Assembly (NCBI GenBank): GCA_023666615.1
Contig: JAMPBQ010000001.1
Location: 234,621-298,620 of the forward strand
Origin: Clostridium sp.
Lineage (GTDB): Bacteria; Bacteroidota; Bacteroidia; Bacteroidales; Muribaculaceae
DNA length: 64,000 nt
Reading direction: 5' to 3'
Notes under the pieces: model-generated
Told to the model about the DNA's origin: nothing
Seen by the model: only the letters and a program-made list of their open reading frames with translations
Database searches by the model: none
Program-made: the position numbers and the translations under genes
Part shown: positions 1-8,957 of the stretch, piece by piece
Position numbering within the stretch: the first letter of the stretch is position 1
Layout: every line of letters begins with the position of its first letter

Positions 1-2625
1 GCCGGTGATGCTCTTTATTTTTCGGGTGAACGTCGACCTCGACATGTTCATCTTTTCTGCCAAAACGTTCACGTCAAAGTTCTGTTCGCCCAAGTTCTCT
101 TCCACTGTGCGGGTGGCCTTTTCAAGAAATATCTTGTCCAGCTTCTTGTATTCTTCTTCTGGCAGGCTGGTGGGCGAAACAAGGTATGTGCGCATCTCCG
201 CCATCTCTTTGCTGTCCGCCCAAAGTTCTTCATTCTTTCGGCTAAGGTATTTCTTGTACCAAGCCATCCCCGCCGCGATTAGGCCGATGCCGATAAATAT
301 GTATATGCACATTGCCCACCACGTCTCATATGCGTGCGGCTTGCGCGTGATGCCGTATGTGGTTATGGCTCCGCTTTCATGCATGAATTCATCTATCGTC
401 TTCACTTCCAGCTCATGCCTGCCGGGGCCCAATTCCCCCAGGTATGCCTTGTTGATTCCCTCTCCTGTGTAGTGCCATCTCCCATTTGCGCCGTCCAGCC
501 TATATGCGTAGCTTATCTTTTCTGGATTCAGGTTGTCGTTGGCCGTAAAGGATATCTCTATGCCGTCGTCGTTCGGCTCAAGCTCTATCTCTAAGTCGCC
601 TTTCCATAGGCGCGGGCGGCTTGTAAGCAAGGACTTGCCGTCCGATTTTATGTCGGAGATTGTGGCTTTGCGCTCTTCTGCCGCATCGCGCGCGGATTTT
701 GGCCTTATCTCTGCTATCCCGCCGGCGCCCCCGACCACGAATGCCCCTTCTTCCGTTATCGCCGGCGTCCGGCTTGTGAAATGCACAAGCGGGATCTCTT
801 TCCCCGCCTCATATATGTATTTGAATGATTCTTCGGGGTCAAACTCCACAATCATCAGGTCTGTCACGATCCATCCGCGCCCGTCCGCGTTGAACGCTAT
901 CTGCTTTATGCCGGGCAAATTGTCGGCATTCATCCCTGATGTATGCTCTATTATTGCGTCTCCTCCCGCCGGGCATTCGTACACTCTCCCGTCGTCTGTG
1001 CCTATCCATATGCTGCCGTTGGGCGCGATGCCCATCGCCGTCCCTCTCTGGATTTCTGAATATGCTTTCGGCAGCTCGCTTATTTCTCCGCCTATGATTC
1101 GGATGGGGCCTTTCTCTTTCGACAAGGCCATGATCGTATCAGATCCTTGCTCAATTATGCAGGATATATACCCCAAGTCTGGGAAGTTCCCCGCCGGCCT
1201 GCGGGTGTTTAGGTCATATGCGAATAATCCGCCGGTGTATCCCGCCCATAGCCTTCCTTGTCTGTCTTCATGCAGTTTTGTCAGCTTGGCCGTCGATGGC
1301 AAATAATGGTCCAAGCCCACCGAGTCCACAAATTCCATTTGCATCCCCTTGTTGGAAATCGCCACCAAATAGAAAAATCCTTCTTTCGAGGCCCACACGC
1401 CTTTGTGCTTCGGCGACAGAGCCATTTCCGTGGCTCCGCGCAGACGCTGCGGGTCAAATCCCTTTATGCTTCCATGGTATGTCAGCTCGCCGGTGTTTGC
1501 GTCAGCCAGCATAAGCCCAAGCCGGTTTTGCAGCATCCAGTATCTTCCGGGCTTGTCGGCCTTCGCTATCCCTATGATTACGGGCGATGCGCCGAATCCC
1601 TCTTCTATACTCGGAAATGTCTGCGACTTTACGTTGTTGTCCAATCTGATGATCGAACTGTCAAAATCTATTTTGCCAACCCATATGGCCCCGGGGGTGG
1701 CGCAAACGCTCGTCAGCATTTCATTTCCCATTTCCCTTAGCTCGGGATGGTTCACTGGCGTTAGCCTCCCGTCTGCCTCGGGCTTAAACGCCAATAGCGA
1801 AGTCTGCGATACGCCCCATATGTTGCCTTCGTCAAAATCTTGCGTTATCGCTATTAGTTCAATCCGCTCTCCTCCATCATTCCCGAATGCTCTCACCGGG
1901 CTCCGCACATACTCATTGGCGTCGTTTGGATTGAAGCGGTATATATTCCCTCGGAAATCGACAATCCAAAAATAATCCTCCGTTCTGTCCTGGATAATCT
2001 GCCCAAGCGGCACGTCTGCGTCTATCGGGTGCGACATCTCAAACTTGTCGGCCTCTGCCTCATATTCATAAACTCCGCGGCTGTAGCTCGTAATGTAGAT
2101 GCTTCCGTCTCGCCCCTGGCAAAATCCGCTCAGGTTTGTTGGCGCGCCGCTGCGGTCCCGCAGCTCGTAGCATTTCTTCCAATTCCCCTGGTTGTCATAT
2201 CTTTGTAGGCGACCCTTTTGCCCTACCCATATGTCGCCGTCGCTCGTTGAGAATATTCTCGTGGTGAATCGCGAGCCAAGCCTCGCACTGTCCAATTGCT
2301 CCGCCTTAAGGCTGCGCTTGTCCACTGTGTATGCCCCCTTGTCCGTCGCCAGCAGGATATGCCCGTTTGAGTCTTGGTCCACCCAATTGATGTGGTCCCC
2401 GTTGCCTGCGCGCACCACCTTCACATCATATCCGTCGTCGCGGCATAGCCCGTTCAGCGTCGCATACCACATGTATCCCTCGTCATCCCTGAATATCTGC
2501 GTTATGCCCTTGTCCGGCAAAAGCCCCATCGCCGGAATAGGCGTAACCGAAAGTCCCGCCCGAGCTGTGCCGAAAACAGCCAAAAAAGCCAAAACCAAAA
2601 ACTTAAAGCCTCTTATAACATCCAT
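1..2625 (-). CDS. Membrane-spanning AraC-family regulator: HTCS-like beta-propeller sensor, Y_Y_Y domain, TM helix, AraC HTH. 3' end lies outside the window.
   Basis: Absent from the ORF track because no stop codon falls in the window. Manual translation from ATG 2625 gives a signal/anchor MDVIRGFKFLVLAFLAVFGTARA and a propeller repeat QIFRDDEGYMWYATLNGL. Near the left edge the same frame gives ISYAYRLDG...LGPGRHELEVK (Y_Y_Y), TWWAMCIYIFIGIGLIAAGMAWY (TM) and FLEKATRTVEENLGEQNFDVNVLAEKMNMSRSTFTRKIKSITG (AraC). Confidence 0.88.
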   Translation of the reverse strand, partial: MDVIRGFKFLVLAFLAVFGTARAGLSVTPIPAMGLLPDKGITQIFRDDEGYMWYATLNGLCRDDGYDVKVVRAGNGDHINWVDQDSNGHILLATDKGAYTVDKRSLKAEQLDSARLGSRFTTRIFSTSDGDIWVGQKGRLQRYDNQGNWKKCYELRDRSGAPTNLSGFCQGRDGSIYITSYSRGVYEYEAEADKFEMSHPIDADVPLGQIIQDRTEDYFWIVDFRGNIYRFNPNDANEYVRSPVRAFGNDGGERIELIAITQDFDEGNIWGVSQTSLLAFKPEADGRLTPVNHPELREMGNEMLTSVCATPGAIWVGKIDFDSSIIRLDNNVKSQTFPSIEEGFGASPVIIGIAKADKPGRYWMLQNRLGLMLADANTGELTYHGSIKGFDPQRLRGATEMALSPKHKGVWASKEGFFYLVAISNKGMQMEFVDSVGLDHYLPSTAKLTKLHEDRQGRLWAGYTGGLFAYDLNTRRPAGNFPDLGYISCIIEQGSDTIMALSKEKGPIRIIGGEISELPKAYSEIQRGTAMGIAPNGSIWIGTDDGRVYECPAGGDAIIEHTSGMNADNLPGIKQIAFNADGRGWIVTDLMIVEFDPEESFKYIYEAGKEIPLVHFTSRTPAITEEGAFVVGGAGGIAEIRPKSARDAAEERKATISDIKSDGKSLLTSRPRLWKGDLEIELEPNDDGIEISFTANDNLNPEKISYAYRLDGANGRWHYTGEGINKAYLGELGPGRHELEVKTIDEFMHESGAITTYGITRKPHAYETWWAMCIYIFIGIGLIAAGMAWYKKYLSRKNEELWADSKEMAEMRTYLVSPTSLPEEEYKKLDKIFLEKATRTVEENLGEQNFDVNVLAEKMNMSRSTFTRKIKSITG

Positions 2626-2650
2626 CACAAAAAAATTCAATAAGCCATTG

Positions 2651-2658
2651 CAAATATA
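2651..2658 (-). promoter_or_regulatory. Bacteroidota sigma-A -7 element (TATATTTG) for the AraC-type regulator
   Basis: Matches TAnnTTTG 26 nt upstream of ATG 2625. Confidence 0.6.
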
Positions 2659-2701
2659 GCCATTTCCCCAAAATCCCCCAAACAATTCCAATCAAAAATT
2701 T

Positions 2702-2801
2702 AATCCGTGCAATCCGAGAAATCCGTGGTAAACTCCTACCCAACAAAAATCCGTGAAATCCGTGGTAAACCCCTACCAAAAAAAAATCCGTGGCAAACCC
2801 C
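2702..2801. repeat. Degenerate tandem array with six ATCCG(T/A)G cores; 9-nt period inside a longer AAATCCGTGGTAAACYCCTACC unit
   Basis: Cores at 2703, 2712, 2721, 2749, 2758 and 2786. The 22-mer is at 2719 and 2756, with a partial copy at 2784. Confidence 0.85.
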
Positions 2802-2821
2802 GAGCACCGTAATTAGATCTA

Positions 2822-4087
2822 TCAATGGCCAACAACATTACTATCCACCTCATTCCCGTAGCGGTCATATAGCGTTAGCTCAATCCGCTCCGGTGTAACG
2901 CGCATCAGCATCGCACCCACAGTATGACGCCCCTCAGTCCAGCGCGTTTTTATCAGCTCGGCGTTAAATTCAAGCTCGCCTATCTCCTCCCCGCGGTCAT
3001 TGTCGCTCGACGGCGTCTGAATGTACACCGTCCCGTTTCCATCCTCCGCAACATGCCCGGCTCTCAGTGCCGGAGTCGATACATAGCGGTGGTTATTCCC
3101 CCCCAACGCCAATTCTACCCCATGCTTGTCAAAGACCTCCCTCCAACGTGGATATTGCCCATCCTTGCCATTCTGCCCATAGAACCACTGATAATGCTCC
3201 ATCACCACTGCCCGCTTCGGCTTCTCCTCCTCCAGGATTTTCTCAACCCAAGCCTGGGCCTCGGCCAGCCCCTCTTCGTTGCGCATCGCCTCTGAGTTAA
3301 GGGCTATGAACATCACATCGCCGTACTTGAAATAATAGCAAACGCCCTCCTGCCCCTCATAGCCATTCATCGGCGCCGCATTGGCATTCTTGAAAAACTG
3401 ATTCGAATTCTTCTTGCCCGTCCGGTCCATATCATCATGGTTGCCGTTCAATCCCGCCCAGGAATAATTCCTGAAATACTGCTCATCATAAAGCTGCTCC
3501 CAAAACGAATAGCTGCCGCCCCAGGCGCAAACATCGCCCAAATGGATTATCATGTCAAAGTCCTTCCCGTTGACGCTCCGCAGAGTGTCCAGCATTTCCA
3601 TCGCCGCCCGCTGCCGCCCCGGTATCGGTGGATAGCAATGAAAATCGCTGATGATCGCCGCCGTAAAAACCCCGTCGACCGGCCCCGTCGTGAAATACCT
3701 CGTAACGGTATCCTCATTGATGCGGTATTTGTATCTTGTCCCCGGCTCAAGACCCTTCAGCCTCGCCACATTGCGCACAAACCGAGCCTCCTCATAAAAA
3801 TCCTCCCCGTTCGCACGCTTGGAGTACATGCTGTCATACACCTCGCAAACCTTCCACTTGGCCTTTGCCGTCTTAGCATTCCCCCACTCTACATCCGCCG
3901 GAGCATACTTCACCACGCTCCCCTCCACGCCCAACTCAGTATGAAAATTAATTCCAACCTCCCGAGCACCATCCGCCCCCGGGTTAGCAATCACAGTAAA
4001 CGCCCCGCGCCCCCCATCAAAGCCAAAAGCAACCTGGCCAATTAACGAAAGGCCCCACAAAACCAAAACAAAAAATCCGCTTCTCAT
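2822..4087 (-). CDS. Secreted purple-acid-phosphatase-like metallophosphoesterase (FN3-like N-domain plus calcineurin-like domain)
   Basis: Signal peptide; motifs SDFH, GDVCAWG, GNHD, VMEH, GNNH. ATG 4087 preferred over the track's TTG 4099. Confidence 0.85.
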   Translation of the reverse strand: MRSGFFVLVLWGLSLIGQVAFGFDGGRGAFTVIANPGADGAREVGINFHTELGVEGSVVKYAPADVEWGNAKTAKAKWKVCEVYDSMYSKRANGEDFYEEARFVRNVARLKGLEPGTRYKYRINEDTVTRYFTTGPVDGVFTAAIISDFHCYPPIPGRQRAAMEMLDTLRSVNGKDFDMIIHLGDVCAWGGSYSFWEQLYDEQYFRNYSWAGLNGNHDDMDRTGKKNSNQFFKNANAAPMNGYEGQEGVCYYFKYGDVMFIALNSEAMRNEEGLAEAQAWVEKILEEEKPKRAVVMEHYQWFYGQNGKDGQYPRWREVFDKHGVELALGGNNHRYVSTPALRAGHVAEDGNGTVYIQTPSSDNDRGEEIGELEFNAELIKTRWTEGRHTVGAMLMRVTPERIELTLYDRYGNEVDSNVVGH

Positions 4088-4186
4088 AACAAAAATCAAA
4101 AAAATTTAAAATCCACCCAAAACCAAGCAAAATGCCAAAAAGCACAGGCAAACGCCATGGAAAAGGCCAAAAAAGAATTCACTCCG

Positions 4187-4194
4187 CAAAATTA
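4187..4194 (-). promoter_or_regulatory. -7 element (TAATTTTG) for the metallophosphoesterase
   Basis: TAnnTTTG about 100 nt upstream of the start. Confidence 0.55.
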
Positions 4195-4248
4195 ATGAAA
4201 AAATCCCCCCGCCCACCGTTATCTTGAAAAAAACAACAAAAAAAACCT

Positions 4249-4340
4249 CGGGGCCGTAGGCCTCGCAATCGTGATTAACCCCAGGCGCAGCCTGGGGCAA
4301 CCAACCCCCGCACGCAAATATCGGCCTCGTAGAGGTCGAT
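4249..4340. repeat. Three-hairpin palindromic cassette (REP/MITE-like)
   Basis: CGGGGCC-GTA-GGCCTCG (4249-4265), CCCCAGGC-GCA-GCCTGGGG (4279-4297), ATCGGCCTC-GTA-GAGGTCGAT (4320-4340). Confidence 0.6.
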
Positions 4341-4373
4341 TGTGGTATCCCCCCAAAAAAAAGCCCCCTATAC

Positions 4374-4405
4374 AAAAAAAACGCCCTCAAGAAAAAAGGG
4401 CGTTT
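4374..4405 (-). terminator. Intrinsic terminator of mdh
   Basis: AAACGCCCT/AGGGCGTTT stem followed by a T-run on the minus strand, 28 nt after the stop. Confidence 0.75.
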
Positions 4406-4432
4406 CATCAAAAAAATTTTCAACAAAAAAGA

Positions 4433-5446
4433 TTACTTCATATTAGGATTAACCTCCCCCCACTTCTCAATTGCGGGAAGCACGCCCATGCCAATCACCT
4501 GGTCGCGCAAAGCGCAAAGGTGAGCATAGCTGCTCTCAAGGTCGGCCATCTCCTGTGCTGTGCCGGTCACAATCTTCGTGTACACGCCGTCCGATGTCAG
4601 GCGAGAAGGCATAGCCATCATGATGTGGTGGTACTTCTCGCTAGCCACATAGCAGCCCACCGGCCACTGGAATTCCTTTCCGCCCATGGCTGCGGCGATC
4701 ATCTCCACAGAAAGGTAAGACGGGCTCTGGAAAGACGAACGTCCGCGAAGCTTGATGATGGCGGCTCCGCCCTGTGTCACTGCCTTCTTCATAGCATCCC
4801 ACTCCTCAGCGCTGAGTGCTACGCCATTCACAGTCTTGCCTGTGCCGATAATGTCAAGAAGCGGCGTCCCGTCAATGGTGACAGGCGACGCGAACACTGC
4901 CATTTGCTCGCCGTGCCCGCCGAACGTGCAGCAGTTGCATACCTTGCACTGCTCAATGCCAAAATGCTTAGCCAATGCGCTCTGCAGACGGGTGCTGTCA
5001 AGAGCGGCAAGTGTGCTCAGCTGGTTAGGCTTCAGGCCAGAGTATAGAAGCGTTACAAGTCCGGTGATGTCAGCCGGGTTGAAGATGATTACCACGTGCT
5101 TAACATCCGGGCAATACTTCTTGATGTTCTCGCCCAGCTCCTTGGCCACGCCTGCGTTGCCGGCGAGAAGATCCTCGCGGGTCATGCCGTCCTTGCGGGG
5201 AGCGCCGCCCGATGAAATAAGATATTTTGTATCCTTGAAAGCCACTTCAGGGTCTGTGGTGGCTACGATGTTGATGTGCGCAAAGCCGCACTGACGAAGC
5301 TCCTCCGCTACGCCCTCCGGCGAGAACACGTCATAGAGGCAAATGTTGTCAGTGAGGCCCATCATGCATGCGCACTGGGCCATGTTAGATCCGATCATGC
5401 CGGCCGCGCCGACGATCGTAAGCTTGTCATGTGTCAGAAATTCCAT
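4433..5446 (-). CDS. mdh: Malate dehydrogenase (LDH/MDH family)
   Basis: Rossmann GAAGMIGS; SGGAPRKDGMTREDLL; IFNPAD; GGHGE. Confidence 0.93.
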   Translation of the reverse strand: MEFLTHDKLTIVGAAGMIGSNMAQCACMMGLTDNICLYDVFSPEGVAEELRQCGFAHINIVATTDPEVAFKDTKYLISSGGAPRKDGMTREDLLAGNAGVAKELGENIKKYCPDVKHVVIIFNPADITGLVTLLYSGLKPNQLSTLAALDSTRLQSALAKHFGIEQCKVCNCCTFGGHGEQMAVFASPVTIDGTPLLDIIGTGKTVNGVALSAEEWDAMKKAVTQGGAAIIKLRGRSSFQSPSYLSVEMIAAAMGGKEFQWPVGCYVASEKYHHIMMAMPSRLTSDGVYTKIVTGTAQEMADLESSYAHLCALRDQVIGMGVLPAIEKWGEVNPNMK

Positions 5447-5494
5447 TTGTGTTAATTGATATTTTATGACTTAAGTAAAAAATTCTTATCTAAA

Positions 5495-5610
5495 AAGCCT
5501 CCAGAAAATCAGGCCACCCCAAGAAAATCAAGATTCCCCAAGGTTTCCCAAGGTTTCCCAAGGTTTCCCATGAAAATCAGGCCCTCCAAGGCTGTCCACA
5601 GGAAAATCCC
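5495..5610. repeat. 9-10 nt tandem array; (AGGTTTCCCA)x3 exact plus degenerate GAAAATCAGGCC units
   Basis: Exact decamers at 5541-5570, a variant at 5531-5540, GAAAATCAGGCC near 5504 and 5572. Confidence 0.8.
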
Positions 5611-5633
5611 TAAAGAATCAATTATTGCCTAAA

Positions 5634-5663
5634 TGCTGATGCGCAATAAATTGCGCATCAGCA
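5634..5663 (-). terminator. Perfect 14-bp hairpin after pgm (probable terminator or stabiliser)
   Basis: TGCTGATGCGCAAT-AA-ATTGCGCATCAGCA, 13 nt after the stop. Confidence 0.65.
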
Positions 5664-5676
5664 CAGCCAAAATCTC

Positions 5677-7425
5677 TTAGATCCCAAGATCCTTCTTGAT
5701 AGCCTCAATCTTCTCGTGAGCCTTAGCCTCTACCTCGGCGTACATCTCCGCCTTGGGCAGAGTATCATGCACCTCAATGTAGAACTTTATCTTAGGCTCA
5801 GTGCCCGAAGGACGAATCGACACCTTAGTGCCATCAGCCGTGAAATACTGCAGCACATTGCTCGTCACGGGCATATCCATCTTCTCCACATTGCCTGTAG
5901 GCACATCCGTCATATTCAGGTCGGCGTAATCCTTAATCGTCACAACCGGGCTGCCGGCCAGCGACTTGATGGGATTCGTGCGGAAATCCTTCATCATCTG
6001 CTGAATCTCTGCAGCGCCGCTCTGGCCCTTGCGCACCACTGAAATGCCTTCCTCCAGCGAGTACCCGTTCTTCACGTAGATGTCCTGAAGCATGGTAGCA
6101 TAGTCGATACCGCGATCCTTTGCCCATGCCGCAATCTCAGCCATCAGCGAAATCGCCGATACCGAATCCTTGTCGCGGGCGAAATCCTCAGCCAAGAAGC
6201 CGTAGCTCTCTTCGCCGCCGCCAAGATAGCGCATCTTGCCCTCAAGGTCGCGAATCACCGACGCAATCCACTTAAAGCCCGTATAGCAGTCATACATCCT
6301 TACGTTCTGGTTGTCGGCTATGGCCTTGATTGTCTCTGTGGTTACGATGGTCTTCACCACGTACTCGTTGCCAAGCAGTCGACCCATTTCGCGGTTGCGC
6401 ACCATGATATAATTCAGAAGAATCATCACGATTTGGTTGCCGTTCAGGAGCTTGTATTCTCCATTGGCCAGCTTCACTACGCATCCGATTCGGTCGGCGT
6501 CTGGATCCGACGCGAATATAACGTCCGCCTCTGTTTCCTTGGCCTTCTCAATGGCCATTGCCATTGCCGAAGGCACCTCGGGATTCGGCGATTCCACTGT
6601 CGGGAAGTCGCCCGACGGCACGTCCTGCTCTGGCACGTTGATGATATTGGTGAATCCCCACTTGCGCAGCGACGCCGGTATAAGCTTCACGCCTGTGCCG
6701 TGGATAGGAGTGTACACAATCTTGATGTCGTGGTGGCGCTTGATCACCTCAGGGTCAAGCGAAAGCGTCTTGATGGCGTCGAGATATTCAGCGTCTATCT
6801 TGTCGCCGATTATCTCAATCTTCGACTGGTCGCCCTTGAACTTTATCTCAGACACATCCTTGATCTTGTTCACATGGTCAATGATGTTCGTGTCATGCGG
6901 CGAGATGATCTGCGCGCCGTCTGCCCAATATGCCTTATATCCGTTGTATTCCTTCGGGTTGTGCGATGCGGTGATGTTCACGCCGCTCTGGCATCCTAGA
7001 TGGCGTATGGCGTATGAAAGCTCCGGCGTGGGGCGGAAGCTGTCAAACAGATACACCTTTATGCCGTTGGCCGAGAAGATGTCTGCAACGATCTCAGCGA
7101 ACTTTCTTGAATTGTTGCGTACGTCATGGCCCACTACCACTGAAATTTCGGGAAGGTCTTTGAACGCCTCCTTCAGATAGTTGGCCAAGCCCTGTGTGGC
7201 CGCACCCACTGTATAAATATTCATGCGGTTGGAGCCTGCCCCCATTATGCCGCGCAGACCGCCGGTGCCAAATTCAAGGTCTTTGTAGAATGAGTCGATG
7301 AGCTCCGTCTTATCATCCGCCTGAAGCATGCGGTTCACCTCTGCTCTCGTCTCGGCGTCATAGCTGTCAGTCAGCCATGCTTGCGCACGCTTTGTGACTT
7401 CAGCTACCAATTCGTTTTGTGCCAT
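5677..7425 (-). CDS. pgm: Phosphoglucomutase/phosphomannomutase
   Basis: FGTGGLRG; catalytic TASHNP; metal loop DPDADR; GEES; RPSGTEPKIKFY. Confidence 0.95.
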   Translation of the reverse strand: MAQNELVAEVTKRAQAWLTDSYDAETRAEVNRMLQADDKTELIDSFYKDLEFGTGGLRGIMGAGSNRMNIYTVGAATQGLANYLKEAFKDLPEISVVVGHDVRNNSRKFAEIVADIFSANGIKVYLFDSFRPTPELSYAIRHLGCQSGVNITASHNPKEYNGYKAYWADGAQIISPHDTNIIDHVNKIKDVSEIKFKGDQSKIEIIGDKIDAEYLDAIKTLSLDPEVIKRHHDIKIVYTPIHGTGVKLIPASLRKWGFTNIINVPEQDVPSGDFPTVESPNPEVPSAMAMAIEKAKETEADVIFASDPDADRIGCVVKLANGEYKLLNGNQIVMILLNYIMVRNREMGRLLGNEYVVKTIVTTETIKAIADNQNVRMYDCYTGFKWIASVIRDLEGKMRYLGGGEESYGFLAEDFARDKDSVSAISLMAEIAAWAKDRGIDYATMLQDIYVKNGYSLEEGISVVRKGQSGAAEIQQMMKDFRTNPIKSLAGSPVVTIKDYADLNMTDVPTGNVEKMDMPVTSNVLQYFTADGTKVSIRPSGTEPKIKFYIEVHDTLPKAEMYAEVEAKAHEKIEAIKKDLGI

Positions 7426-7468
7426 ATCGAATATATTTAGTGAATTTTCAGTTAAAAATGTTAATAAG

Positions 7469-7476
7469 CAAAGTTA
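7469..7476 (-). promoter_or_regulatory. -7 element (TAACTTTG) for pgm
   Basis: Consensus match 44 nt upstream of the ATG. Confidence 0.7.
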
Positions 7477-7561
7477 ATCCATTTTATTAGAAAATACAAA
7501 TAATTCACCAAAAAGTTTTCCTCTACGCGCTAATTTAGCATAACGGCATTCCCTCTGCACT

Positions 7562-8395
7562 TCAAAGATTCTGCAAGGCCACAATCACGATCATAAGCGT
7601 TGCCGGCGCGCAGAAGAGAAGCGAGTCAATGCGGTCCAGTATGCCACCATGCCCGGGAATCAGATGCCCGGAATCCTTCACGCGCATCGACCTCTTCATC
7701 AGCGATTCAAACAAATCTCCCCATGTGGCGAATAAGCTTGTGGCCGCCCCGAATATAAGCCAGAATCCCAACGGCAGGTTCGCGTCATTGAACGTAAAGC
7801 AGGACACCGCCCCAAACAGCACGCAGCAGCCCATGCCTCCCCAAAAGCCTTCCCACGACTTCTTTGGCGACAGCCTCTCGCAAAGCTTGTGCTTGCCCAA
7901 AAGCGTCCCAAAGCAGAACGCCCCGGTGTCGTTGAGCCATATCAGCACAAACATTATCAGCGTCAGCTCTGGCGTAATGGCCAGATTGGTCAAGTACAAG
8001 GCATTAAGGCATAGCATCGGCAAGCCTACATACGCCACCCCCAGCGCCGAGCGCGCCGTTTGGTCAAACGGATTCTCCCTGTCATCGAAGAGGGCTATCG
8101 TCAGCCTCGCCAAAAAGCAAATGGGCAAGGCCGCGCATCCGCAGTAGCCCAGCCAATCAAGCCCGGTACCCATCAGCCCAACAGGTATCAATGTGAGAGC
8201 CAACGCCGCCACTGCATCGGTCAGCAATGCCAAAGGTTCTAGCTTTTGCTCCGCCACTTTGCTGTATTCCAAAATGGCCAAAAGAGTGAATGCGGACGTA
8301 AGGCATGCAAACCAACGCCACCCAAACAATATCGCCAGTACTATGACGGCTATGTACACAAGCCCCGAGATGGACCTTACTACTACGTTTTTCAT
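7562..8395 (-). CDS. cdsA: Phosphatidate cytidylyltransferase
   Basis: Multi-TM; W.NDTGAF.FG; SPKKSWEG.GG; GDLFES.MKR...KDSG.LIPGHGGILDRIDS. Confidence 0.95.
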   Translation of the reverse strand: MKNVVVRSISGLVYIAVIVLAILFGWRWFACLTSAFTLLAILEYSKVAEQKLEPLALLTDAVAALALTLIPVGLMGTGLDWLGYCGCAALPICFLARLTIALFDDRENPFDQTARSALGVAYVGLPMLCLNALYLTNLAITPELTLIMFVLIWLNDTGAFCFGTLLGKHKLCERLSPKKSWEGFWGGMGCCVLFGAVSCFTFNDANLPLGFWLIFGAATSLFATWGDLFESLMKRSMRVKDSGHLIPGHGGILDRIDSLLFCAPATLMIVIVALQNL

Positions 8396-8487
8396 GTCAT
8401 GCAGCTGATTTAATGATACTTGAATTTCTTTGTTCTCTATTAAATTTCTGTTTCGTCTATTTTCCGATTTGTCTTTCCGCCCATTGT

Positions 8488-8919
8488 CTATTTGATCTCG
8501 CTAAGCTCGCGCATTTCCTGGTATTCAAGCCATTCCGGATCATCTTCAGCCGTGATTTTCAGCGGCAGAAGAGGCATCGGCTCGAGCGCCTGATTGAGCT
8601 TCTTGGTGAAAATATTGGTGGAGACGGCGTAGACCACAATATTCCTTTCCCCGGCGCCGGTATAAACCCCGGTAATCACTCCGATTGGGTCTTTGTCCAA
8701 TTCCGCGGCCAGCCTATCCAACACCTCCTCTATCATCGCCGCGTCCTTGTCAGTAGGCATTCCTGAGGGCAGCGATTCATAGGGAATGGTAATCTCTATG
8801 CGTATGCGGCATCGCGGATTTGACCTAAATTTCTCTACGTCGCCCCGACCGGTAACCATCACCAATTTCCCGTCTTCATCTTCTAGCGGGCAAGTCCACC
8901 ATTCTGCTTCTTTTGACAC
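8488..8919 (-). CDS. DUF695-like conserved Bacteroidales protein
   Basis: WWT...EDEDGKLVMVTGR, GVYTGAGER and EDDPEWLEYQEM resemble DUF695 as I recall it; GTG start. Confidence 0.7.
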   Translation of the reverse strand: MSKEAEWWTCPLEDEDGKLVMVTGRGDVEKFRSNPRCRIRIEITIPYESLPSGMPTDKDAAMIEEVLDRLAAELDKDPIGVITGVYTGAGERNIVVYAVSTNIFTKKLNQALEPMPLLPLKITAEDDPEWLEYQEMRELSEIK

Positions 8920-8957
8920 GTCGTTCTTTAATTTTTCTGGTTAAAATAGAAGGAAAA

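Noticed and set aside
5-2659. Plus-strand ORFs of 60-257 aa in the ORF track
   Set aside because: Antisense shadows of the minus-strand AraC-type gene, with no recognisable motifs.
4106-5047. ORFs 4106-4426 (-) and 4271-5047 (+)
   Set aside because: They translate low-complexity intergenic DNA and the antisense of mdh, and overlap a terminator and promoter.
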